From contig OZ220744.1 of NCBI GenBank assembly GCA_965116925.1, positions 3,712,001 through 3,776,000 of the forward strand: a DNA stretch of 64,000 bases. Direction: 5' to 3'. A program made the translations under genes and the position numbers. How positions within the stretch are numbered: position 1 is the stretch's first letter; every line of letters starts with the position of its first letter. The notes below the pieces were generated by a model, which saw only the letters and a program-made list of their open reading frames with translations, was not told the DNA's origin and did no database searches. The stretch comes from Candidatus Poribacteria bacterium (GTDB taxonomy: Bacteria; Poribacteria; WGA-4E; PCPOR2b). Positions 9,387-18,371 of the stretch are shown here, in pieces.

Positions 9387-10217
9387 TTATTGATTCAACT
9401 TCGCCCGCGACTCTGCCTTTAGTTCGTAAACGGTGAATGTGTCGGTTCGTGATCCTGTCGGCTTTTGTTTGCGGCTGCCTAGTTGAATATACAGAACTTT
9501 GTCGAAGTTGCATGTGTATTGAGCTTCTTTTGCTGCGTCCGCTAGCGTGAAGTAGTCTATGGTTCCGTCGTTGACGATTATCAGCCATTTTTGGTCGCAG
9601 TTCACCTTGTAGCACGGTATATCTTTGTTTTTCTCGTCTATGACGGCTTGCATTTCTTCGACTTCAATTATTTTGAGGAATCCCGCTCTACTGTGCCTGA
9701 AGGTGTACTTTTCATCTATATTTGCCCGGTCTGGGTAGTAGAGAATATCTATGCTTGATATGTTGTTTTTTATGAATAACCTGTAAAATTTTTCGGGGTC
9801 GTTCTGTTCGTATTCTTGGCTGTTTGTGATTGATTCGTTGTGCATCATTGTGATTAAATCTGCTATCTTTTCTGCATGTTTTGTGTATTCTGTTGGCGGT
9901 TTTATAAAGTGCGGACTGCAATCTAGTGGCGGAATTCCTTTTTCGTGCAGGCTTTGTTTTATTCTTTTTTCTATGTCTTCTATAATGCCTGATTCCCTTG
10001 CTAAATTTTTACCTTTTTTCCATGCCGGTTGGTCAACAATGTCAAAGTTTCTGATTTCGCATCCTATTTTGCGATCCCCTATTTCAAAATAGTAGTCGGG
10101 CGGATCGCCTCCTTTTTGGGTTAGATGTATCGCGTTTTTTATGTGGATATTCTTTTCTTCTTTTAGGTAGTCGCCTACTATATCAACTGCTAATTTTTCT
10201 TTTTTTATGTCTGGCAT
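9387..10217 (-). CDS. AT-rich hypothetical protein, possible PD-(D/E)xK nuclease
   Basis: GDPPDYYF...IGCEIR; ATG 10217 preceded by ggagag. Confidence 0.55.
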   Translation of the reverse strand: MPDIKKEKLAVDIVGDYLKEEKNIHIKNAIHLTQKGGDPPDYYFEIGDRKIGCEIRNFDIVDQPAWKKGKNLARESGIIEDIEKRIKQSLHEKGIPPLDCSPHFIKPPTEYTKHAEKIADLITMMHNESITNSQEYEQNDPEKFYRLFIKNNISSIDILYYPDRANIDEKYTFRHSRAGFLKIIEVEEMQAVIDEKNKDIPCYKVNCDQKWLIIVNDGTIDYFTLADAAKEAQYTCNFDKVLYIQLGSRKQKPTGSRTDTFTVYELKAESRAKLNQ

Positions 10218-10236
10218 GATTGCTCTCCATTTACAT

Positions 10237-10304
10237 ATCCCCATCTTTTGAAGTGTCTCCACAAGGGAGGCGTGGGGAGGTGTGCCTGTCTTGAGGCTTT
10301 TATC
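10237..10304. repeat. 68-bp intergenic direct repeat, copy 2
   Basis: See 9263-9330; begins 3 bp after the stop codon of the DUF559 gene. Confidence 0.9.
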
Positions 10305-10307
10305 ACT

Positions 10308-10901
10308 TTAGAGAATAAAATCCAACAATAAAAGTATTCCTACAATCACACAAGCAAGAACGATAACACCACACATTCCGCGCTCTGGTTTCTGCTGTTT
10401 ACCACCATGCAAATCTAACGGCTGTTTACCGCTATGCAAAACCAATTGCGCTGGACTCCGACGCGGTATACGTGGTGGTGTCGGAACTAGATGATCCTGG
10501 TGTCTCTCCGCCCGCCAGTTCTGTTGCCGCTCCCGACGTGCTATTGCTCGCTGAATAGTATCAGTAACCATTTCGCCATCACGGTGTATTTCGCTCCCTG
10601 CAAAGCGCAATACGATCCAACCACGCAATTGCAACTCCCTTGATTGCATCCGATCTGTCCGAAATTTATACCAATTGCCGGTACGCCATTTGAACCCATC
10701 ACAATAAATAGCAATCTCCATATCGGGAAATGCAAAATCAGGGACAGTCACCGACATATTATTGAAATAATCTATCTTATACTGGGCACGCAGCTCACGA
10801 GCGCGATCCGTTCTCAGATGTGGATATAGGTTCTTTAACAACTTACATTCTATCGGAGATTCACATCGCTCCAATAATTCATTTAGTCGATCTTCATTCA
10901 T
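10308..10901 (-). CDS. DUF559/Vsr-like endonuclease domain protein with C-terminal TM helix
   Basis: ESPIE, PDFAF, IAIYCDG, LQLRGWIVLRFAGSEI; hydrophobic tail VIVLACVIVGILLLL. Confidence 0.8.
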   Translation of the reverse strand: MNEDRLNELLERCESPIECKLLKNLYPHLRTDRARELRAQYKIDYFNNMSVTVPDFAFPDMEIAIYCDGFKWRTGNWYKFRTDRMQSRELQLRGWIVLRFAGSEIHRDGEMVTDTIQRAIARRERQQNWRAERHQDHLVPTPPRIPRRSPAQLVLHSGKQPLDLHGGKQQKPERGMCGVIVLACVIVGILLLLDFIL

Positions 10902-11047
10902 TCCAAAATTCCTAAATGTCCGATGTGATGGGCTATGAACCGAAAGTCAACAAAGCAGACGACTACGACGCTGATAAATATTAACCGCGTGTATTTGCAA
11001 GTTTTCATGGGATTCGACTTTCTGGCTTTCTGTACTGCCATCGGAAA

Positions 11048-11330
11048 TTAGGGCCACTGTCTAAACCAAGATTGTGATACAATAGCAATCCAATTGAAAG
11101 GAGATTTCCGATGGCAAAACGGAGAAGATTCACCCCTCAATTTAAGGCGGAAGTTATTATTGAGGTACTTATGGGTCACAGTTCCCAAGCCGAACTGTGT
11201 CGAAGGCACAACCTCAGTGCTGAACAACTATCAAAGTGGAAGCACCAACTGGTTGAAAATGCGGCAACTCTGTTTGAATCAACCGACAAGCAATCGAAGA
11301 TTTGTGGTCTAAATTAACGGTGGCACTTCA
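11048..11330 (+). mobile_element. Internally deleted IS3-family element with orfA fragment (11111-11317)
   Basis: MAKRRRFTPQFKAEVI..ELCRRHNLS..LSKWK is an HTH_Tnp_1-type OrfA; it runs into a right end gtctaaattaacggtggcacttca; no orfB; left end only weakly matches. Confidence 0.7.
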
Positions 11331-11527
11331 GTGGACCCATTGTCGAGGCCAAAATATTGGAGCTGCTTTCCCATTATACGTGTTCACAAACCCGTGTCAA
11401 CATAAATCCTCAGTGTTCATTTCTGACGCAGATTATTGCACATGTACAACTTGTCTAATGGTACATATAAGCCCAATATTTTTGTTGACTGTAGTGTGGG
11501 AATATCGGTAAAATGTCTAACGATATT

Positions 11528-11661
11528 CGCTCATGTTAAGAAATCGTGCAACATAAACTTCGTAGGGGTCGGGTCACCCGACCCGCACTGATAAGTAAGG
11601 GCGGGGAGACCCCGCCCCTACGATCTGTTTTTGTGCTTTGCACTTTCTTTTTACATGAGCC
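11528..11661. mobile_element. MITE family A (inverted) with 8-bp TSD
   Basis: cgctcatgttaaga...tttttacatgagcc flanked by acgatatt on both sides; internal GTAGGGG palindromes. Confidence 0.85.
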
Positions 11662-11836
11662 ACGATATTTTTAACCGGTAGGTAGTGAAACTTAAAATTT
11701 AATCAGTGCTAAAATGGAGGCAATCCGCCGCCGATCACAGGCAACGCCACAATAGCATCAATTTTGGCGTGTCACCGGTCAAGCTCGGTGAGATTCCTTC
11801 GCTGCGGCCGGCATAACCAACCCACAAAATACTAAA

Positions 11837-13018
11837 ATGAAAATCACAGAAATATCGGTAACACCGGTTCCTTCGTATTACCCAAAGGAGCTAGGCAAAA
11901 ACGCATTTTCAGATAACATTGGTAAGCAACGGTTAGAGTGGATTGTGCGCGCCCGGACCGATAGCGGTGTAGAGGGCGTGACCATCGCTAACCGAGCGAT
12001 ACGGCAGGGGCGGGTAGAAGATCTGCTCAAGCTGTTGAAAACATCACTGCTGGGCAGAGAAGTGGACTCGCTGCTGCAGGTGGAGAACGGGGTCGTCACT
12101 GGTCCCGGCGCAGAAGTAGCCCGTACCTTCCGCAGCACTAGATGGATGGATGCTCTCGCCTTCGATCTCTACGGCAAAGCCCACAGCGTCTCAGCTATCA
12201 GCCTACTCGGGGGAAAAGTGCGCGATGCCGTGCCAGCCTATGACACCACGCTCTACTTCCAAGATTTCCTTGTCCCTGAGAAGGGCGCGAAGCAGGTCGC
12301 CGAAGAGGCTGCCGAGGCGAAGGCTGCCGGGTATCGGGCACTCAAGATAAAAACTGGACGCGGCGGTCGCTGGATGATGCCGGAAGCCGGTATGCGGCGG
12401 GATGTCAATGTGGTCTTGGGCGTTCGGGAAGCTGTTGGAGAAGATTTCCATATCTACGTTGACGCCAACTTCGGCTATGATGACCGGCTTGACCTACTCG
12501 AAGATTTCATTCGGGAGACAATCCCCGCCAACATCTACTGGCTGGAAGAGATGATAACGCACGACGTGGCTGGTTACCGCGCCATGCGAGAGATGCAGGC
12601 AAAACACGGTTCCAAAGCCTTGCTGGTGTGTGGCGAAACAGACCGCGACCCCATCAGCGAAACCTTTCGCCATCTCATCGAGGACGGCTTAATTGACGGC
12701 TACCAGCCGGACATCGTGGGCGCCGGTTACCTCCGTTGGATAGAGATTGAGGGGGCGTTGCGCGGAACAGAAGTACGTTCAATCCCGCACAACTTCGGCA
12801 ACGGCACTTTCGGAACTTTTGCGACGCTGGCATTCGGGGCGGCATCTAAGACCTTCGTGTCGCTGGAGGACGAACGCAACCTCCCTCACATCTTTGGTCC
12901 GTTTCCCCCTTTCAAGGACGGAGCATATCAGGTGGAGGAACGCCCCGGACTCGGCATTTCTGTTGATGAGGACCTATTCCAAGAAAAGTATGCTTTGCAC
13001 GAATGGCAGGTGGAGTGA
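11837..13018 (+). CDS. Mandelate racemase/enolase superfamily enzyme
   Basis: LKIK (KxK), VDAN, WLEE, GE, IPH, PGLG. Confidence 0.85.
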   Translation: MKITEISVTPVPSYYPKELGKNAFSDNIGKQRLEWIVRARTDSGVEGVTIANRAIRQGRVEDLLKLLKTSLLGREVDSLLQVENGVVTGPGAEVARTFRSTRWMDALAFDLYGKAHSVSAISLLGGKVRDAVPAYDTTLYFQDFLVPEKGAKQVAEEAAEAKAAGYRALKIKTGRGGRWMMPEAGMRRDVNVVLGVREAVGEDFHIYVDANFGYDDRLDLLEDFIRETIPANIYWLEEMITHDVAGYRAMREMQAKHGSKALLVCGETDRDPISETFRHLIEDGLIDGYQPDIVGAGYLRWIEIEGALRGTEVRSIPHNFGNGTFGTFATLAFGAASKTFVSLEDERNLPHIFGPFPPFKDGAYQVEERPGLGISVDEDLFQEKYALHEWQVE

Positions 13019-13051
13019 AGTTTTTCAGTCCTGCCTAACCCGAAGGAAACC

Positions 13052-14269
13052 ATGTTAGAAAAACACATTATCAAAGACATTCAGATTGCACCGGTCGAAA
13101 CATACTTCGGTGCTCCGGGTATGGGTCGAATTGTTGGTCGTAACTCGAAGGGCGAAAACTATGGCTACAATCAGCGTGAATGGCTGGTACAAGTAACCAC
13201 CGACAGTGGTCTCACCGGTGTAACAAACGCACGACCCGCGATGAACCGGGACAAGTTGACGGTGCTCTATGCCACACTTCAGTTGCTGCTGGGCAGAAAC
13301 GTGTTCGAGTTTTATCGCGTGAGCGGAGGTCGTGTTACAGGGGTGAACCCTCGCTGGGAGGAGTTACTGCGAGAGCACGGATTCATTGATTTCGTCATCT
13401 TTGACTTGATGGGGCGGGCACTGGATGTGCCTGCGTACCGTCTGCTTGGCGACCGTGTTCGTGATTGGGTTGAGAGCTACGACTCTACCCTTTACTTCCA
13501 AGACATGGTGCACCCCGAAGCGGGTGCCAGTGCTGTGGCTCGTGAAGCGAAGGACGCCGTTGACAACGGTTGGCGGGCAATGAAGTTGAAACTTGGTCGA
13601 CCGGGTCGCTGGTTTGAGCCGAATGCCGGCGTGGCGCGTGACATTGAAGTGGTGCACGCTGTGCGGGAAGCGGTGGGTCCAGAGATCAAAATCCTTGTTG
13701 ACGCAAACAACGGTTACGACGGCAAATTGCCGCTCTTGGAAACCTTTGTGCGTGAAACGGGCCCATCTAAAACGTTCTGGATGGAAGAGATGGTCACTGA
13801 GAACGTGGCAGACTACCGAAAACTCAAGGAGTGGCGGGACCGGTGGTCACCAGAGACGATGCTGGTGGACGGCGAGGGACATCGTGGTCGCAACACCATT
13901 TACTGGCAGCTGATGGAGGAAGGGCTGCTGGACGGTATCCAGCCTGATATGTTAGACATGGGTTTCTGGCCCTTCCACACACTCGCCCGCGACATCGAAG
14001 ATTCCGGCTATGCGACAATGATCTGTCCGCACAACTACAATGCTGCAGCGATCGGTCTACGCGGTGATATCCAGTTCGGCGCAGTGACGGAGCGATTCGT
14101 TATTGCTGAAGATTCGACGCTACATTTTGATCTTTATAACATGCAGGGATACGAATTTGAAAATGGTTATTACCAAGTGCCCACCGCGCCGGGGTTAGGT
14201 ATAGCAATTGATCAGGAACGCTATGATCGGGTGTACCGCCAGCACGAAACCGTCGTAAAGATCTTGTAG
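13052..14269 (+). CDS. Mandelate racemase/enolase superfamily enzyme, paralog of the upstream gene
   Basis: MKLK, VDAN, WMEE, DGE, CPH, PGLG; shares YD[ST]TLYFQD and GRxGRW with 11837-13018. Confidence 0.85.
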   Translation: MLEKHIIKDIQIAPVETYFGAPGMGRIVGRNSKGENYGYNQREWLVQVTTDSGLTGVTNARPAMNRDKLTVLYATLQLLLGRNVFEFYRVSGGRVTGVNPRWEELLREHGFIDFVIFDLMGRALDVPAYRLLGDRVRDWVESYDSTLYFQDMVHPEAGASAVAREAKDAVDNGWRAMKLKLGRPGRWFEPNAGVARDIEVVHAVREAVGPEIKILVDANNGYDGKLPLLETFVRETGPSKTFWMEEMVTENVADYRKLKEWRDRWSPETMLVDGEGHRGRNTIYWQLMEEGLLDGIQPDMLDMGFWPFHTLARDIEDSGYATMICPHNYNAAAIGLRGDIQFGAVTERFVIAEDSTLHFDLYNMQGYEFENGYYQVPTAPGLGIAIDQERYDRVYRQHETVVKIL

Positions 14270-14323
14270 GTCGAGTTTCCAAACTCGACGGTCGCCGTGT
14301 CGAGATATGAATCCCGCCCGACT

Positions 14324-15283
14324 TTACGGAATCTGTGCGCCTTGCGTTTCTACATAGACGGAGTAAAGGGATTGACTGCCTGTCATAAACAGCCGGTTCC
14401 GCTTAACGCCGCCGAAGCAAACGTTGGAACAGACCTCTGGAAGATGGATCTTGCCGATGAGATCGCCATCGGGGGCGAAAATATGCACGCCGTCGAATCC
14501 CTCACCGACCCAACCCGCGCTTGACCAGAGGTTACCATCGACATCGCAGCGGATGCCGTCCGAAAACCCCGACCCCATGTCGCAAAACGGTTTACCGTTT
14601 GTCAAGCGAGCGTTGTCTACCACATCATAGACATAGACGTGACTCGGATGATCGGGGGTGTGTGAGATGCCGGTGTCAGAGATGTAGAGTCTGGAAAAAT
14701 CGGGAGAGAAGCAGAGACCGTTCGGTTTGTCGAGTTCGTCCGTGACGACCGTCGCCTCGCCGGTATCCGGGTTGAGCCGATAGACATTGGTCGGCAACTC
14801 GAACTCAGCGCGATGCCCTTCATAGTTCATGAGGATGCCGTATCCGGGGTCGGTGAACCAGACATGCCCGTCCGGGTGAACGATCACATCATTCGGAGCG
14901 TTCAACCGCCCTCCCTCAAAACTGTCAATCAGCACCGTGATGCTGCCGTCATACTCGGTACGGGTAACTCGGCGTGAGCCGTGTTCGCAGGTGATGAGTC
15001 TCCCCTGTTTGTCGCGGGTGTTACCGTTGCTGTTGTTGGAGGCACTACGAAAAACGCTGACTGCACCCGTTTCCTCGCTCCAACGCATTATCCGGTTGTT
15101 CGGGATGTCACTGAAAAGCAGGTAACGACCATCCCCGAACCATACTGGTCCCTCCGCCCATCGCGCTCCTGTCCACAGTCTTTCCACCGCTGAGTTGCCG
15201 ATTTTATATTTTGAGAAACGGGGGTCAATTTCTTCAATGGACGGGTCTGGATACCTGACAATATCTTGATTCCAATCTCTCAT
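14324..15283 (-). CDS. SMP-30/gluconolactonase family protein
   Basis: WAEGPVW, LLFSDIPNNRI, NSNGN, NAPND, KPNGL, DGIRCDVDGNLW. Confidence 0.92.
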   Translation of the reverse strand: MRDWNQDIVRYPDPSIEEIDPRFSKYKIGNSAVERLWTGARWAEGPVWFGDGRYLLFSDIPNNRIMRWSEETGAVSVFRSASNNSNGNTRDKQGRLITCEHGSRRVTRTEYDGSITVLIDSFEGGRLNAPNDVIVHPDGHVWFTDPGYGILMNYEGHRAEFELPTNVYRLNPDTGEATVVTDELDKPNGLCFSPDFSRLYISDTGISHTPDHPSHVYVYDVVDNARLTNGKPFCDMGSGFSDGIRCDVDGNLWSSAGWVGEGFDGVHIFAPDGDLIGKIHLPEVCSNVCFGGVKRNRLFMTGSQSLYSVYVETQGAQIP

Positions 15284-15409
15284 AGGTCTCGTTTTCCTCT
15301 GTTAGACTTGATCTGTGTTGGTTGCCTGTGGTGTCACACACCAATGGCCTTCTAGGATACAATTCTAAACCAACTGCGATATAAAATCAAGGACTTCTAC
15401 AGAGTAAAC

Positions 15410-15614
15410 TAGGGTCATTTAATTCTCCCATATTATTGCTGAATCACGGATAGACGCGGATTAACAGATTACACGGATAACAGATGCTATCGACAGTTGG
15501 CACAAGAACGCGCAATGAATTGCGCTACTACAAACGGTGGGGAGACCGGCTGCGCCGCCTGCGGATTCGTGTCACCCCGAAATCGGTCAAAAAATGGAAA
15601 ACTAAATAGCCCTA
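15410..15614. mobile_element. MITE family E (ISAs1-like ends) with 10-bp TSD
   Basis: TIR tagggtcatttaattctcc / ggaaaactaaatagcccta; cagagtaaac at 15400-15409 and 15615-15624. The family link is inferred. Confidence 0.75.
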
Positions 15615-15630
15615 CAGAGTAAACAGACTT

Positions 15631-15762
15631 GGCTCATGTAAAAAGAAAGTGCAAAATATGAACGAAATCGTAGGGGCGGGGAGACCCTGCCCGCCGTAAG
15701 GGTTGGGTGACCCAACCCCTACGAAAACTCGGTTGCTGTTGCACGCTTTCTTAACATGAGCC
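15631..15762. mobile_element. MITE family A with near-perfect 8-bp TSD
   Basis: ggctcatgtaaaaag...cttaacatgagcc; flanks acagactt / acagacct. Confidence 0.85.
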
Positions 15763-15768
15763 ACAGAC

Positions 15769-16854
15769 CTATTTTTTAGCGGCGAGAATCAGCGACTCGG
15801 CAACCTTTATGAGTTCATCTTGATGGAGCTCACCCATCACCGTAAAATTCAGATCAGAAATAGACCATTGCAAAATATGCGTTGGTCCGCGCTTTTCGTG
15901 CCGAGTTTCTGTTCCCTGAATCTGTAAGTGTTCGGTGCCCTTCCGCTCACCGTTCCGACTGTTTCCCTGTTTCCTTTTTGATTCAAACAGTGTAAAAGTC
16001 AGCATACCGTCTGTATATCGCAGATAAACTGTTTCCGAACGGTGTTTGAAATATCGGGTTTCTAGAAGTTGAAAACCGGGTGGAAGATAAGTGGGTTCGA
16101 TAAGTTTGTCCCCTAACACCGTTTTCGCCTCGTCGAGCGTGATTGGCTGGCTTCGCCGGCGTCTCCTTTCAGCCGGAGATTTTTCGTTACGATTCCACTC
16201 GACTAACTTCTGTGCAACTGCCTCCTCCTCGAAGCTAATCTGTGTGTAGACAGACATAAAACGGAGTTTCCCGTCCGGGGCAAAGTCTTCGATCCGCAGA
16301 ATGACTCCTGTGTCGCGCGCAAGGTAGAGATGTTTTGTGGGTCGTGCCTCATATTGTGGAGAAACCGTTACCAGATCGGTTTCCTGCCCTGCGATCGGAT
16401 CCGCGGGAACCAAATCGAATGTATAGTTCTGTGCGAGCAGTTCAACCTCCTTTTGGGAGAGACTTGCCATCCGTTTCCAATTCAGCGAAAATCTTCTTCG
16501 ATCCCCGCGCCTATTGTCTCGTCTGCCCTCACGCCGATTTCGCTCGCTATCTCTGTGTGATTCTTGATTGCCGAGTCTTCGGGAACGACCATCTTCCAAA
16601 ATTGGCAATACGACGACGGCATGAATATCGGGAGGTTGATGGATAACAGTTTCCTCACGAGCGATTGTCCCACGCGACGTATTCATAACAATCATGCGAG
16701 TACCGACGTAAGCAACGTTCTCCTCCGCGTTCATTATGCGCTTGAGGATCTTCAGCGACTCAGGCGATGCTTCTGCGATCGCGTTCGGCCGCAAAATCAG
16801 CAGTGTAAACACGATTAGTAATGACCAACCCACGTATCTTGGTTTTAAGATCAT
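15769..16854 (-). CDS. MucB/RseB-like periplasmic sigma-E regulatory protein
   Basis: Signal peptide; LolA-like N-domain (IAGQETDLV..ARDTGVIL); C-domain PTYLPPGF, YTDGMLTFTLFE, TVMGEL; follows the anti-sigma gene. Start set at MILKP (16854). Confidence 0.75.
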   Translation of the reverse strand: MILKPRYVGWSLLIVFTLLILRPNAIAEASPESLKILKRIMNAEENVAYVGTRMIVMNTSRGTIAREETVIHQPPDIHAVVVLPILEDGRSRRLGNQESHRDSERNRREGRRDNRRGDRRRFSLNWKRMASLSQKEVELLAQNYTFDLVPADPIAGQETDLVTVSPQYEARPTKHLYLARDTGVILRIEDFAPDGKLRFMSVYTQISFEEEAVAQKLVEWNRNEKSPAERRRRRSQPITLDEAKTVLGDKLIEPTYLPPGFQLLETRYFKHRSETVYLRYTDGMLTFTLFESKRKQGNSRNGERKGTEHLQIQGTETRHEKRGPTHILQWSISDLNFTVMGELHQDELIKVAESLILAAKK

Positions 16855-16859
16855 GGCTG

Positions 16860-17399
16860 TTAATCTCCTAGGTGAACTTCCAGAAGAAGATCGGTACTGT
16901 CTTCGATAGTGGTGTCCGGTATATTGGTGTCTAGGCCAAATGAATCTGCAACAGCGTACGAGTATAGAGGATTGTATGCAGTGTCCTCGGTGTGAACCGT
17001 CAGGTAGAAATCGAGGGAATCGGTTGTATATGTGTCTTCGGAACCCGGCATCATCAGATTGAAATAGACAAGTGCCAAGACCAAGCCAACCATCGCTAAT
17101 GCTCCAACGCCACTGATGGCTGGGCGACACACCCAGTCCCAAAGTTCACCAAAGCTGGGGAGCAGTCTTCGTCGAACGGGACCTCGGTCTGTCAACTGTG
17201 GCAGAACTGTATCTGCAATTGGGGGTGCTTCGGACATTAACGCGCCAATCCACTGACGATTTCGTTGAAAATCAGCGAGCATCTCGGTACACTCATGGCA
17301 TTCGCTCAGATGTGTTTCGACAACCGTGCATTGCTCTGGACTTAGCTCATTGTCCAAATATGCGGAGAGTTGGTTTTGAATGCGATCATGATTCTTCAT
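16860..17399 (-). CDS. zf-HC2 anti-sigma factor with TM helix
   Basis: LSAYLDNEL, HLSECHEC (HxxxCxxC), central TM segment. Confidence 0.85.
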   Translation of the reverse strand: MKNHDRIQNQLSAYLDNELSPEQCTVVETHLSECHECTEMLADFQRNRQWIGALMSEAPPIADTVLPQLTDRGPVRRRLLPSFGELWDWVCRPAISGVGALAMVGLVLALVYFNLMMPGSEDTYTTDSLDFYLTVHTEDTAYNPLYSYAVADSFGLDTNIPDTTIEDSTDLLLEVHLGD

Positions 17400-17432
17400 C
17401 GTAATACCTCGTCAAGAGATCTTTCTGTTTTT

Positions 17433-18332
17433 TCAATCTCGGTGGTCTTCGAGTTTGATGATTTCCCCATTCTCTTGGGCGATATACATAAACCCCATCT
17501 TGTCGATTACAATTCCTTCTTGATCATGTCCCGGTATCAGATACTGACGGCGGACGTTACCATCCAGCGTCATCTCCTGCAACAGGTTGGTCGTATCGCT
17601 CATAACAAGCAGGCACTGACGCTCCCGATCGTAGGCAAGCCCGGAGATGTCAATGATTGAAAGCGAAAAAAAACGAGAGATCCGTCCCTCTACTGTCTTT
17701 GTTCTGGTTTTGTCAGTACCCCAAGTGGCCTTCGATGAAACGAGTGGAACAACGACTTCACAGATGACCGACGGTTCTTTCCCCTGCTTTAGACTGAAAG
17801 ATTGATTTCCGACCCAGAATGTACCGCCTTCGGGATGGAAGGCGTTTGGAATAAAGGCAATTGCCTCCAGTCCCATGCCTCCTTTTTTTAGTAGCTCTTT
17901 GCCCTCAAATTGCCGGTTAACGCTGAATTTTCGTGTGATATAAAAGTTTTGAGGGGCAATCTCAAGGATTTCTTCGTCCCCTTCAACTACAGCGTATAGG
18001 AACCCTGTCTCCGGATGGACTGTAATCCCTTCGGTGTCAGTGTATTTCAACAGTCCCTTTCGTATCAATCCTCCGTCGGTCCGTATCTCGTAGATATCTC
18101 CCTCATCGCCGACAACAAACACGGTCTGGCGTTGTGGGTGATAGGTAGCGCCCGATAGTTCACGCATCGGAATTGGGGCAATATTACCGATTGAGCTGTG
18201 TGGCAGTTGAAGCGGTGCCAATCCGTATAATGGGTTTTGTTTATGTGCAAACCGCTGCGTTTGGCGCAAAAGGAATATCAACAGCACACTGACGACGACA
18301 ACCAGAATTAGTATAAGGATCTTCTTGCCCAT
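17433..18332 (-). CDS. SdiA-regulated/YjiK-like beta-propeller protein
   Basis: N-terminal TM; ELSGATY, DTEGIT, GLEAIA, DISGLAY, QEGI repeats. Confidence 0.75.
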   Translation of the reverse strand: MGKKILILILVVVVSVLLIFLLRQTQRFAHKQNPLYGLAPLQLPHSSIGNIAPIPMRELSGATYHPQRQTVFVVGDEGDIYEIRTDGGLIRKGLLKYTDTEGITVHPETGFLYAVVEGDEEILEIAPQNFYITRKFSVNRQFEGKELLKKGGMGLEAIAFIPNAFHPEGGTFWVGNQSFSLKQGKEPSVICEVVVPLVSSKATWGTDKTRTKTVEGRISRFFSLSIIDISGLAYDRERQCLLVMSDTTNLLQEMTLDGNVRRQYLIPGHDQEGIVIDKMGFMYIAQENGEIIKLEDHRD

Positions 18333-18371
18333 CTCTGATATGCCCCTATCAACTTCTGCCGAAAAATTTAT

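Noticed and set aside
16855..17142. N-terminal extension of the 457-aa ORF overlapping the anti-sigma gene
   Set aside because: The likely start is ATG 16854, which gives a signal peptide; the extension is a shadow frame.
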